From Acutalibacteraceae bacterium (GTDB lineage: Bacteria > Bacillota > Clostridia > Oscillospirales > Acutalibacteraceae): DNA of 64,000 nt. The position numbers and the translations under genes are program-made. Positions within the stretch are counted from its first letter, which is position 1, and every line of letters starts with the position of its first letter. The notes under the pieces were generated by a model that was given only the letters and a program-made list of their open reading frames with translations, had not been told where the DNA came from and did not search any database. Of the stretch, positions 9,330 through 18,868 are shown piece by piece. The stretch is taken from the NCBI GenBank assembly GCA_045533475.1, contig JAZSHV010000034.1:4703-68702 (forward strand), read 5' to 3'.

Positions 9330-10143
9330 CTGAAGCGACTCCTTTAATAATATATTTTTGACTTGACAGATAGAAAATTACCACAGGTATAATTGAAAGC
9401 ACAAGCATTGCCATCATAGCGCCCATATCTACCGAGCCGTAGCCGCCCTTAAGGTATTGAATTGCAATCGGAATGGTTTTGTAATCGTTGCCAACAACGA
9501 GGTAGGGGAGAAGATAGTCATTCCAAATCCACATAGTATTAAGGATTGCAACGGTAACAGCGGTTGGGGTTAGTATGGGGAAAACCACTCTCCAGAACAC
9601 CTCTAGGGTGTTACAACCATCTATTGTGGCGGCTTCCTCAATTCCCAAAGGCACAGTCTTAATAAATCCCGAAAACATAAATACCGAAAGTCCTGCGCCG
9701 AAGCCGAGATATATTAATACTAATCCAAGAGGATTGTCAAGACCTAAGGTATTGGCGGTTTTAGACATCGTAAACATTACCATCTGAAATGGCACAATCA
9801 TAGAAAACACCAAAGCATAGTACAGAATAGAGTTAAAAATGCTTTTAACCCTTGTAATATACCAAGCGGTCATCGAGGTGAAAGCTATTATTGCCGCTAC
9901 AGAAAAAACGGTTATGAAAAGCGACCACAAAAAGGCTGAGGGAAAGCCTGTGTTTTTGATACCCTCAGTATAGTTTTCAAGACCTGTAAAGGTATCAGAG
10001 GTTGGAAGAGAAAACGGGTCGGAAGCAATTGAAAACTTTAGCTTAAAGGAATTAATAAGAACTATAAATACAGGGAATATAAATACCGCTGACATAAACA
10101 GTAGTATAAAAAAGTAAAGTATATCAAGTCCCTTTGCCTTCAT
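9313..10143 (-). CDS. carbohydrate ABC transporter permease (MalG-type)
   Basis: Six-TM profile with an EAA-like loop IEEAATIDGCNTLEVFWRVVFP. Confidence 0.9.
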   Translation of the reverse strand: MKAKGLDILYFFILLFMSAVFIFPVFIVLINSFKLKFSIASDPFSLPTSDTFTGLENYTEGIKNTGFPSAFLWSLFITVFSVAAIIAFTSMTAWYITRVKSIFNSILYYALVFSMIVPFQMVMFTMSKTANTLGLDNPLGLVLIYLGFGAGLSVFMFSGFIKTVPLGIEEAATIDGCNTLEVFWRVVFPILTPTAVTVAILNTMWIWNDYLLPYLVVGNDYKTIPIAIQYLKGGYGSVDMGAMMAMLVLSIIPVVIFYLSSQKYIIKGVASGAVKG

Positions 10144-10988
10144 TAGCCTTCCACCTCTTTTCCTCTTGTAAAGCGAAGCTGTGCTAATGCTATTATTGCT
10201 ACTATTATAAAGAAAATTACAGCCTTTGCCTGACCTACACCCTCATAGCCTGTACGGGAATAAAATGTGTTGTATATATCAAGAGCCACCATTTGAGTTT
10301 TATTTGCGGGAGCGCCTGCGGTGAGGGCTAAGTTTTGGTCGAAAAGCTTAAAGGAATTGGTTATGGTCAGAAACAAGCATATAGTTATACTTGGCATAAC
10401 CGACGGGATAATTATTCTGTAAAGGGTGGTAAAAGCACCTGCTCCGTCAACCTTTGCGGCTTCAGTTATCTCGGTCGGAATATTCTGTATGCCCGCAATA
10501 TAAATTATCATCATATAACCAATCATCTGCCAGTTCATAAGAATTATCAGTCCCCAATATCCGAAGGCAGGGTTAGAGGTTATAGAAAATTCAAACGGAT
10601 AAAGTGCTCCGTTTATGATTACCTGCCAGATATATCCAAGCACTATTCCGCCTATAAGGTTAGGCATAAAAAATATTGTTCTGAAAATCCTTGTCCCCGG
10701 TACAGAGCGGGTAAGCATAAGCGCAAACGAGAAGGCTATTATATTAATTGTAATAACCGACATTATTGCAAATTTCACAGTAAACCATAAAGCGTCTAAA
10801 AAGGTATTGTCGTCGGTAAAGGCGCGGATATAGTTACTAAAGCCAACAAAGGTGAAATTACTTACTGTTCTGAATTCGGTAAATGAAAGGAACAGTCCTA
10901 AAAGAAAGGGGATAACAAAGGCTATCAGAAAAGCCAAGAGGGTTGGTATAACAAAAATGGGGAAATACCGTTTTATGGGATTTTTCAT
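10143..10988 (-). CDS. carbohydrate ABC transporter permease (MalF-type)
   Basis: EAA-like loop ITEAAKVDGAGAFTTLYRIIIP. Start and stop abut the neighbouring cistrons. Confidence 0.9.
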   Translation of the reverse strand: MKNPIKRYFPIFVIPTLLAFLIAFVIPFLLGLFLSFTEFRTVSNFTFVGFSNYIRAFTDDNTFLDALWFTVKFAIMSVITINIIAFSFALMLTRSVPGTRIFRTIFFMPNLIGGIVLGYIWQVIINGALYPFEFSITSNPAFGYWGLIILMNWQMIGYMMIIYIAGIQNIPTEITEAAKVDGAGAFTTLYRIIIPSVMPSITICLFLTITNSFKLFDQNLALTAGAPANKTQMVALDIYNTFYSRTGYEGVGQAKAVIFFIIVAIIALAQLRFTRGKEVEG

Positions 10989-12328
10989 TAATCTCTTTCA
11001 CTCTTCCATTTTTCGATAACAGTTTTCTTTACATCCTCCCACTTTTTGTTACCCTGAACATAGTCAAGCAAGGAACTGCCGACCTCTTTTTTGAATGCCT
11101 CGCTGGGGAAGGATGCAAAGCTCCAAGGAATGTTTTTTATAGATTCATCGGTCATATAGCGGTTGATTTCTTTGGCAAGCGGGTCGTTAGGCAATTCGTT
11201 TTCGGAAAAGGTATTAAAGGGAGTGATAAACTTTAATTCTTCGGTAACATATTTTTTACCTGTTTCGCTTGAAAACAGCCATTCGAGGAAATTAAGCGAA
11301 GCCTCTTGCTGTTCCTTGCTTGAATTTTTGTTTATAGCAAGGTAGTTCTCTGTTCCTATACAGAGTCCCTGACCTTTTTCGCCCTCAATGCCTGTATAGA
11401 GCGGAAGCATTTTAATATCATCTTCCTTTACGGTATTGCCCTTAACACCTGAAATCTGTGACCACGCCCAGTTTCCGTTTTGAACCATTGCCGCCTCGCC
11501 CATAGCGAATTCTGCCATAGAGTCAGCAACTGACTTTGAGCCTAAAAGGGTTTTTGCGGTTACAGAGTTATTTATATAAAGGTCAAATAGGTTCTCAAAA
11601 TGCTTAGAATGCTTATAGGTTATTTCTTTTGCATTAAGCAGGGCAAGAGAGGGGTCGAGAGACATATCCTTTTCGTAAATCTCATAATAAATCGGAACAT
11701 TGAGAAGATGAGTCTGCCAGCGCCAGTCCTCGCCTGAGGAAAGAGAGGTAGATGCAAAAACACCCTTTATACCGAGTTTGTCCTTTTTGGCGGTCATATC
11801 CTCAACAACCGTCTTGAGCTTTTCAAAACTGTCAATTTCGTCGGCAGATTTAAGTTCGCTCTTTCTGTCAGACAAGGCAAAATACTTTCTCATAATGGCA
11901 TCGTTGTAAATTATGCCATAGCCCTCAACAACATAGGGAATAGCATAAACACCGCCGTCATCGGTTATGGCGAGGGTTTTATCGTTTAAGAAAGAGTAAA
12001 GCTTGCTGTCCTTGATGTCGAGGCAGTATTCCTTCCAAGCGTCATAGCCTACAGGACCGTTCACCTGAAAAATTGTAGGCGCATCGTTTTTCGCAATTTC
12101 GGATTTAAGGGTTTGTTCATAGTTATTTGCGGCGGCAGTAACCACCTTTACCTCTACGCCCTTTTCTTCCTTATATTTTTTTGCTAATTCTTCGTAAACA
12201 GCTGCCGATTCGGGCTTAAAATTCAGGAAATATACAGCTGAAGTTTTTTTCTTTCCACAACCTGCAAGGCTCATACAGGAAATGATGCATAATGCTGTTA
12301 AAAATAATGATATGATTTTTTTCTTCAT
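10988..12328 (-). CDS. sugar ABC transporter substrate-binding lipoprotein
   Basis: Lipobox SLAGCG and family-1 solute-binding-like sequence. I prefer the second ATG (12328), because GGAGG sits only 1 nt from the first ATG (12334). Confidence 0.88.
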   Translation of the reverse strand: MKKKIISLFLTALCIISCMSLAGCGKKKTSAVYFLNFKPESAAVYEELAKKYKEEKGVEVKVVTAAANNYEQTLKSEIAKNDAPTIFQVNGPVGYDAWKEYCLDIKDSKLYSFLNDKTLAITDDGGVYAIPYVVEGYGIIYNDAIMRKYFALSDRKSELKSADEIDSFEKLKTVVEDMTAKKDKLGIKGVFASTSLSSGEDWRWQTHLLNVPIYYEIYEKDMSLDPSLALLNAKEITYKHSKHFENLFDLYINNSVTAKTLLGSKSVADSMAEFAMGEAAMVQNGNWAWSQISGVKGNTVKEDDIKMLPLYTGIEGEKGQGLCIGTENYLAINKNSSKEQQEASLNFLEWLFSSETGKKYVTEELKFITPFNTFSENELPNDPLAKEINRYMTDESIKNIPWSFASFPSEAFKKEVGSSLLDYVQGNKKWEDVKKTVIEKWKSERD

Positions 12329-12406
12329 ATTCATACCTCCAATATTGATTTCTTTTAATACTTTTCCTCATTTTTACTAAAATATGAAATATTTTTTTAT
12401 AAATGA

Positions 12407-12435
12407 TTGCTCTTATTAAAAAAATGTGTTAAACT
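12407..12435 (+). promoter_or_regulatory. candidate sigma-A promoter for the HAD hydrolase gene
   Basis: TTGCTC (12407-12412), 17-nt spacer, TAAACT (12430-12435). Confidence 0.4.
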
Positions 12436-12475
12436 GTAAATTAAAGTTGGAATAAAGATTTGGAGTGAATGTAAT

Positions 12476-13249
12476 ATGGAAAAAATAAGGAATAAAATTG
12501 GATTTATATGCGATATGGACGGTGTAATATACCACGGCAGTAAAATACTTGACGGTGTTCAGGAGTTTATAAGCTGGATGCAGGAGAATGAAAAGAAATT
12601 TGTTTTTCTTACGAATAGTGCCGAAAGGACACCTCACGAATTGAGTATGAAGCTTGAAAGAATGGGGCTTAATGTATCACCTGACCATTTCTATACAAGC
12701 GCTATGGCTACCGCTGAGTTTTTGCACAATCAAAAGCCTGACAGTACCGCATATGTAATAGGTGAGGCGGCGCTTACAAAGGCTCTTTATGACCATAAGA
12801 TTTATATGAATGATGTTAATCCCGATTATGTTGTTGTGGGCGAAACCAGAACCTATAGCTTTGAAAAAATTGAAAAGGCTATTGAGCTTGTGCTTAAGGG
12901 AGCAAAGCTTATAGGAACAAACCCTGATATTACAGGTCCTACCGAGCGCGGCATTATGCCTGCAACAGGCGCTCTTATCGCTCCTATTGAGATTGCTACG
13001 GGTAAAAAGGCTTATTTTGTGGGAAAGCCTAACCCATTAATGCTCCGTCACGGACTCAAAAAGCTTAACTGCCACAGTGAGGACATTGCTTTTGTCGGAG
13101 ACAGAATGGATACCGATATAATTGCAGGTATAGAATCTAATATAGATACTGTGCTTGTGCTTTCGGGTGTAACTTCAATGGCAGATATAGATAAATTCCC
13201 ATACAGACCTAAATATATATTAAACGGTGTGGGAGACCTTGTTAAATAA
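12476..13249 (+). CDS. HAD-IIA family hydrolase (NagD/YutF-like sugar-phosphate phosphatase)
   Basis: Motif I FICDMDGV, plus LTNS, GKP and C-terminal GDRMDTDI. Confidence 0.88.
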   Translation: MEKIRNKIGFICDMDGVIYHGSKILDGVQEFISWMQENEKKFVFLTNSAERTPHELSMKLERMGLNVSPDHFYTSAMATAEFLHNQKPDSTAYVIGEAALTKALYDHKIYMNDVNPDYVVVGETRTYSFEKIEKAIELVLKGAKLIGTNPDITGPTERGIMPATGALIAPIEIATGKKAYFVGKPNPLMLRHGLKKLNCHSEDIAFVGDRMDTDIIAGIESNIDTVLVLSGVTSMADIDKFPYRPKYILNGVGDLVK

Positions 13250-13328
13250 AATACGAAAAAGTTTTGCACGATTTCGTGTTGACAAAATAGTGCTGTTATG
13301 TATAACGATACAGTTTTTTAAACATAAA

Positions 13329-13367
13329 AACGCAGAAGAAGTTTTGTTTTATTACTTCTTCTGCGTT
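13329..13367. terminator. bidirectional intrinsic terminator
   Basis: 14-bp stem AACGCAGAAGAAGT / ACTTCTTCTGCGTT with an 11-nt loop, flanked by A/T runs on both sides. Confidence 0.65.
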
Positions 13368-13407
13368 ATTGTTTAAACTTAATTCCTTATTTCTCTTTTT
13401 AATTTTT

Positions 13408-13776
13408 TTAACAATTACAACAGCTTTGAAAAAGCTTATTGATTTGCAGAGCTTTTTGCTCTTTATCTGCTATAAATCCGATTTTTTCAAGAAAAGCTTC
13501 TGGAAGTGTTTCGGAATACCGCGCATCCATTATGCTTTTTTCTGCCGCTATGTGCAGTGTGCTACGCAAAATTCCGTCTGCCAAAGCAATGTCTGAAAGC
13601 GGTTCAATATAGTGAACGGTCATTTTTTTACCGTCAAGCTCGTAAAGGCTAATCCCTAAAAGTTCTTTACCAACGGTTGCAGTAAGACAACCCGAAAATT
13701 TGTTAAATTCAAAGCCTTTTTGTTCAAAAAAAGCTCTGATTTCTTTCCTGTCTGACAAAGGCGCTAAGTAAATCAT
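13408..13776 (-). CDS. hypothetical 122-aa protein ending in CCNC (weak GNAT-fold resemblance)
   Basis: ATGA overlap with the rluB stop suggests translational coupling. I recognise no confident family. Confidence 0.6.
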   Translation of the reverse strand: MIYLAPLSDRKEIRAFFEQKGFEFNKFSGCLTATVGKELLGISLYELDGKKMTVHYIEPLSDIALADGILRSTLHIAAEKSIMDARYSETLPEAFLEKIGFIADKEQKALQINKLFQSCCNC

Positions 13777-14513
13777 TTCATAGGACCTCCTGTGCTTACA
13801 CCGTTTAGATGACGCATTTCGCGCTCGTTAAGAGGACGCCATTTTCCTTGCGGCAGCATACCTAATTTAACACCCGCAATTTCGGTGCGCTTAAGGCGGA
13901 GAACCTCAAGCTGTACCTCCTCGCACATACGCCTAATCTGACGGTTTCTGCCCTCTTGAATGATAAAAATAAGTACGGTACGGTCGGGCTTTCTTTCTGC
14001 TACAAAAACATCGCAGGGCAGGGTTTTTCTGCCGTCAAGCAAAATACCCTCGCGAAGCTTAATAAGCTTTTCGTCATTAGCGTCACCGCTTACGGTTACA
14101 CGGTAGGTTTTATTAACGTGTGCAGAGGGGTGGGTGAGTGAGTTTGCAAAATTACCGTCATTGGTCATAATGAGCAAACCCTCTGAATTCTTGTCCAATC
14201 TTCCAACAGGAAAAAGCTTAACACCCGCATCCTTTACAAGGTCGGTAACGCACTTGCGGTCAAGCTCATCCTTGGTGGTGGTGACAAAGCCTCTCGGCTT
14301 ATGGAGCATAATGTACATCTTCTGGTTTTGCGCTATAACAGCCTTGCCTGAAACTGTAACCTTATCCCTTTTCGGGTCAACCTTTGCGCCGATAAAAGCC
14401 ACTCTGCCGTTTATTTTTACTTTTCTTTGTTCGATTAACTCCTCAGCCTTTCTGCGGGATGCCACTCCACATTCGGAAAGGTGCTTTTGAAGCCTTATTT
14501 TATTATCCTTCAT
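13773..14513 (-). CDS. rluB: rRNA pseudouridine synthase, RsuA/RluB family with S4 domain
   Basis: S4 domain RLQKHLSECGVASRRKAEELI and catalytic motif GRLDKNSEGLL. Confidence 0.92.
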   Translation of the reverse strand: MKDNKIRLQKHLSECGVASRRKAEELIEQRKVKINGRVAFIGAKVDPKRDKVTVSGKAVIAQNQKMYIMLHKPRGFVTTTKDELDRKCVTDLVKDAGVKLFPVGRLDKNSEGLLIMTNDGNFANSLTHPSAHVNKTYRVTVSGDANDEKLIKLREGILLDGRKTLPCDVFVAERKPDRTVLIFIIQEGRNRQIRRMCEEVQLEVLRLKRTEIAGVKLGMLPQGKWRPLNEREMRHLNGVSTGGPMK

Positions 14514-15638
14514 TTATTTCTCCCATATATTTATGAATATATATTTTGCGTTTTGGAGTATTGAATTTACAATACTCTTTTTTGGGGTTTTCACCGATAT
14601 TTCGGTAGACGCACATAAGGGCAATTCCTTAATAACTGTACTATCCTTTTTATATACTATACTTCCTATAACCTCGTTTTCGGCTATTGGAGCATATACG
14701 AATTGAGGTAATTTTACAGTACAGGAAAAATTACAATCCTCTACCGAACTTACGGTGATTTTTTCGGTTTTTAGAGTAAGCGTATTTTCCGTTCCGCCTA
14801 TTATGGGAAGCGAATATTCCTCTTTTTCAGGGCATATCTCAGAAATATTTACTTTTTCAAGTCCATATTCAAGTAAATTCTTATGGTCAATCCAATCGTC
14901 GGGGTCATTGAGTGTTACGGCAATTACATACTTACCATCCCGCCTTGCCGCAGAGACAAGACATCTGCCTGATTTTTTTGTAAATCCCGTTTTAACGCCT
15001 ATAGCATCCTCAAAGCTTTTAAGCAGCTTATTGTGGTTGGTAAGGGTTCTTTTATAGGGCGGATTACCGTAGCATAAGGTTGCCGACTTGGTTGAGACTG
15101 CTTTGGCAAATTCTTCATTTTGCATAGCAAATCTTGTTAAAGTTGCAAGGTCGCGAGCGGTGGTGTAATGGTCCTCAGCATCAAGCCCTGAGGGGGTTGC
15201 AAAATGTGTGCTTTTAAGTCCCAACTCTAAGGCTTTGGAATTCATCTTTTTTACAAAGCCGTCTACCGTGCCACCTAAAACATATGCAACAGTATTTGCC
15301 GCATCGTTGCCTGAGGCTAACATAAGACCGTAAAGCAGGTCGTGAAGTGTCACCTTATCGCCTGCAAGCAGTCCCATAGATGAACCCTCAACCCTCAGCA
15401 TTTCGGCTGTTACGGTTATTTCTCTGTCAAATTGGCAATTTTCACATAAAAGCAACGCGGTCATAATTTTAGTGGTGCTTGCCATTGGTAAAACAAGGTC
15501 GGGATTATGCTCGTAAATCACCTCGCCTGTATCACCGTTTATGAGTATTGCACCCTTTGCAGAAGTACTCACTGCCGATGCTTGCACAGGTACATTAATT
15601 AGACAAAGAATCAGTAAAAACAAGAATATCCTTTTCAA
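14514..15638 (-). CDS. D-alanyl-D-alanine carboxypeptidase (S11 serine peptidase / PBP5 family)
   Basis: Motifs SxxK ASTTKIM, SGN and KTG. Signal peptide present. I prefer TTG 15638 (GAGGTGG 6 nt upstream) over the track GTG 15653. Confidence 0.9.
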   Translation of the reverse strand: MKRIFLFLLILCLINVPVQASAVSTSAKGAILINGDTGEVIYEHNPDLVLPMASTTKIMTALLLCENCQFDREITVTAEMLRVEGSSMGLLAGDKVTLHDLLYGLMLASGNDAANTVAYVLGGTVDGFVKKMNSKALELGLKSTHFATPSGLDAEDHYTTARDLATLTRFAMQNEEFAKAVSTKSATLCYGNPPYKRTLTNHNKLLKSFEDAIGVKTGFTKKSGRCLVSAARRDGKYVIAVTLNDPDDWIDHKNLLEYGLEKVNISEICPEKEEYSLPIIGGTENTLTLKTEKITVSSVEDCNFSCTVKLPQFVYAPIAENEVIGSIVYKKDSTVIKELPLCASTEISVKTPKKSIVNSILQNAKYIFINIWEK

Positions 15639-15683
15639 GAAACACCACCTCACATAAATTTTATTAAGTGAGGCATTATTGTA

Positions 15684-16058
15684 TTACTCTTTTTCTTTCT
15701 TTTTAGGGAAAAGCTCCTTTGCTTTATCGATTATTTCAGGAGCCATTGAAACAGCCTTTTCAACCGTAGTAAGCTCGTTGTAAACAGGGAGCATTTTAAC
15801 ATTGCCGTTTGAAATTGATATAAACGCTACAGGTGAAACTGTAACACCTGCGCCGCCGCCACCGCCGAAAAGCTGATTGCCGCTTTTAGACGGAAAATCG
15901 CTTCCGCCTGTAGCAAGACCGAATGAAACCTTAGAAACAGGAATTAAGGTGACATCGCCCACAACAACGGGTGTGCCTGTGATAATGTCAGCGTCTACCA
16001 TAGCTCTGAGCTTGTCCATAGTAGTGTCCATAATTCCTTTAATGTTGTTTTCGCTCAT
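15684..16058 (-). CDS. ytfJ: sporulation protein YtfJ (GerW family)
   Basis: Typical 124-aa sequence containing GGGGGAGVTVSPVAFI. Confidence 0.88.
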   Translation of the reverse strand: MSENNIKGIMDTTMDKLRAMVDADIITGTPVVVGDVTLIPVSKVSFGLATGGSDFPSKSGNQLFGGGGGAGVTVSPVAFISISNGNVKMLPVYNELTTVEKAVSMAPEIIDKAKELFPKKKEKE

Positions 16059-16665
16059 TGTAATTCTCCTTTAAGATGAATTTTTCATATTGGTTATAAC
16101 ACCTAAAAGCCGCAATCAGCAGGAAGAAAACCTGAAGCCTTATTGCGGCAGAAAAATCAAAATGCGATTCTTCTGATGTGAAATCGGTGGAAATGTTTAT
16201 ATTTTTAAAATCAATTTTAGCATAGCTTTGAAGAAATGCTGTGACGGGATATACCGCCGAGCAAATTTCACCGTATTCTATAGCGGTTTTTGCCGCATCG
16301 CTTGATGCAACGGTAATGTTAAGCTTTACCTTTTTGATTTTAATATGCCTCAAAAGCTTTTTTATATGTGCAAGAAGGTCGCGAATAAAGCCAAAAACAG
16401 TTTTTACAGCATCCTTAAAGCCATATTTTTCCTTTAAAAAATTCCACAAGCCTTTAACTTCATTTTCGTTTTTATCTTGCCCTTTTTCGGGTATAGCCTT
16501 TTTATCGTCGCTTTGCTCTTTTTTTTGTTCTGCTTCGGTTTCAAAGAGCTTTACTCCGCAAAAATGTATTTTAATATAAAATTTCTCTTTGAATTTTATA
16601 TCCACGATTACCGGAAGAAAAAGCAGTAAAAGCATTATTCCTAAAACTATAAATAATACCTTCAA
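16039..16665 (-). CDS. YtfI-like sporulation membrane protein (DUF2953-type)
   Basis: N-terminal TM segment, K/E-rich linker, and position immediately upstream of ytfJ as in Bacillus/Clostridium. Confidence 0.7.
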   Translation of the reverse strand: MKVLFIVLGIMLLLLFLPVIVDIKFKEKFYIKIHFCGVKLFETEAEQKKEQSDDKKAIPEKGQDKNENEVKGLWNFLKEKYGFKDAVKTVFGFIRDLLAHIKKLLRHIKIKKVKLNITVASSDAAKTAIEYGEICSAVYPVTAFLQSYAKIDFKNINISTDFTSEESHFDFSAAIRLQVFFLLIAAFRCYNQYEKFILKENYNERKQH

Positions 16666-16670
16666 TATGA

Positions 16671-17264
16671 TTATTCCTCCGAAGAAATGTCAGATAGCTC
16701 AGGCTCTGCACCCTCAAGCTCTAACTGCTCGCCGACATCGTTTACTTCCTCGCCTGTTTTTGGAAGGGGCGGAAGATCACTTAAATCGCTAATACTAAAG
16801 CATCTGAGGAAATTCTTTGTTGTGCCGTAAAGCAAGGGCTTACCCGGAAGCTCAAGCCTGCCACGTTCTTCTATTAGCCCTTTTTCTATAAGTGTGGTAA
16901 CAACGCCTGAGCAATCCACACCGCGTACCTGCTCAATAAAGGATTTTGTTACAGGCTGATTGTATGCTACAACTGCCAAAACCTCAAGCGCGGCAGAGGA
17001 TAAAGGGGTACGGCGCTTTATATCATACGCTCTTTTAATATACTCTGCAAACTCTGCTTTGGTAGCTAACTGATATGTGTTTTCGAGTCTTAAAAGCTCG
17101 AGTCCGCTGTCTTTTGCGGTAAGCTTTTTTTCTAAAAGCTCCATTATTTTAACTACCTTTTCAGGCTTAATTTCAAAAACCTGAGAAAGTCTTTCTATGC
17201 TTACAGGCTCGCCACCGGCATAAAGCACCGCCTCAAAGCCTGCAATAAGCTGTTCGGTTTTCAT
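16671..17264 (-). CDS. scpB: SMC-Scp complex subunit ScpB
   Basis: Sequence AGGEPVSIERLSQV...LSSAALEVLAVVAYNQPVTKSFIEQVRGV. Confidence 0.93.
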   Translation of the reverse strand: MKTEQLIAGFEAVLYAGGEPVSIERLSQVFEIKPEKVVKIMELLEKKLTAKDSGLELLRLENTYQLATKAEFAEYIKRAYDIKRRTPLSSAALEVLAVVAYNQPVTKSFIEQVRGVDCSGVVTTLIEKGLIEERGRLELPGKPLLYGTTKNFLRCFSISDLSDLPPLPKTGEEVNDVGEQLELEGAEPELSDISSEE

Positions 17265-17980
17265 CTGTTTTTATGCTCCTTTACAAGTGTGATTTCGGCT
17301 TGGTCTGAGTCACCGTCTATCCTTACGCGGTTGGCTTTGCAAAGCTCTAAAACCGCAAGAAAGGTTGCAACCAATTCGGAGCGGCTGTTGGCGGTTTTGT
17401 AAAGACCGCTCAGCTTCTGCTTTCCGCCGCTCCACAGATTTCTAATTACAAAGATTATTTTAGTTGAAACGGCAACTATTTTGCGCGCAACAATTTTAGT
17501 AAATGGAGCGGTTGAGGGCGGTAGTCTGCGCTTACCTCTGCCCACAGCCGAAAGGTAAGAAAGATACATAACATCGCTTGAATGAACAAGCTCATAGGTT
17601 TTATCGAAATCGTATTCGGTAGGCTTTTTTACAAAGCGGTTTAGTCCGCCTTGCATTTCACCCAACTCGCGGGCAATCTGCTGACATACCATATATTCAA
17701 GCAGCTCACCCTCAAGCTCCTTTTTAAGCTCGACTATTTCATCGTGCTTAGGCAAAAGGCTTACCGTTTTAATATAAAGCAGTCTCGAAGCCATTTCAAG
17801 AAACTCACTGCTAAGCTCCATTTCCTCTTGCTCATATAGCTTTATCTGTTCGAGATATTGGTCTATAAGAAGCGATAGCGGTATATCGTAAATATTAAGC
17901 TTGTTTCGGGAAATAAGCTGCAAAAGTAAATCGAGCGGTCCCTCAAAGCCCTCTAATCTGTAAGAAATTATGTTTTCCAT
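17261..17980 (-). CDS. scpA: segregation and condensation protein ScpA
   Basis: Sequence FEGPLDLLLQLISRNKLNIYDIPLS. Overlaps the scpB start. Confidence 0.93.
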   Translation of the reverse strand: MENIISYRLEGFEGPLDLLLQLISRNKLNIYDIPLSLLIDQYLEQIKLYEQEEMELSSEFLEMASRLLYIKTVSLLPKHDEIVELKKELEGELLEYMVCQQIARELGEMQGGLNRFVKKPTEYDFDKTYELVHSSDVMYLSYLSAVGRGKRRLPPSTAPFTKIVARKIVAVSTKIIFVIRNLWSGGKQKLSGLYKTANSRSELVATFLAVLELCKANRVRIDGDSDQAEITLVKEHKNR

Positions 17981-17983
17981 TTT

Positions 17984-18742
17984 TCACCCCAAAAAGCTAA
18001 AAGGCAGTCCTGCTATAAAGCTTACGCCGTTCATAACTAAATTTGTAAGAAAATCAAGCGGAATATCAAGCACACCGAAAATTATAAGGAAAATCAAACC
18101 AAAATAAATATAACGCTCATACCTCATAAGCGAGTAGTAATACTTATTAGGGAGCAAAGCCGACAATAAACGGGAACCGTCCAACGGAGGAATGGGGATT
18201 AAGTTGAATACGGCAAGGCTGATGTTAATTTGCGCTATCCACTGAAAGAAAAATGCAATGTACAGCAGGATACTTATTCCGTTTCTTGAGTAAAACAGAG
18301 CAAATGCATTTGTAAAAATCATTGTCACAATTGACATTAATATGTTGGCTAAAGGACCTGCGAGGGCAGTAAGAGCCATATCGCGCTTAGGGTTACGGAA
18401 ATTATTGTGATTCACCTGAACCGGTCGCGCCCAACCGAAGCCAAACAAAATAATACAAAGCGCACCTATATAATCTATATGCGCAAAGGGATTAATAGTG
18501 AGTCTGCCCTGCCAACGGGGAGTATTGTCCCCAAGCTTTACAGCCGCAAAGCCGTGCGCAAACTCGTGTATAGGCAGGGTAATGAAAATTACGGCAAGTG
18601 TGGAAAGAATATAAACAATTACTTCCGTTAAAGTAAATGTTCCGCCGCGAAGCATATTAAAAAGCAAACAAAACGCCTCCATTAAAATACTATTCATAAT
18701 ATTATATAACATTATTGGCATAAAAACAAGTAAAAGATACAT
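17984..18742 (-). CDS. site-2 protease family (M50) membrane metalloprotease
   Basis: HEFAHG zinc motif, multiple TM segments, and NLIPIPPLDG. The true start is uncertain; internal Met codons up to about 90 nt downstream of 18742 are possible. Confidence 0.85.
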   Translation of the reverse strand: MYLLLVFMPIMLYNIMNSILMEAFCLLFNMLRGGTFTLTEVIVYILSTLAVIFITLPIHEFAHGFAAVKLGDNTPRWQGRLTINPFAHIDYIGALCIILFGFGWARPVQVNHNNFRNPKRDMALTALAGPLANILMSIVTMIFTNAFALFYSRNGISILLYIAFFFQWIAQINISLAVFNLIPIPPLDGSRLLSALLPNKYYYSLMRYERYIYFGLIFLIIFGVLDIPLDFLTNLVMNGVSFIAGLPFSFLG

Positions 18743-18796
18743 AAATCTTTTATTTTTACTTAAAATTTGCTTTTATACAGGCAAAATAAATAGTGG

Positions 18797-18825
18797 TTGA
18801 AAAAAATGACGGGGTGTGATAAAAT
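18797..18825 (+). promoter_or_regulatory. sigma-A-type promoter for the kinase-like gene
   Basis: TTGAAA (18797-18802), 17-nt spacer, TAAAAT (18820-18825). The track start codon is the TTG of this -35 hexamer. Confidence 0.55.
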
Positions 18826-18868
18826 AAAAAAGCAAATATGTATTTTTCATAGAACGGAGATTTTATAT

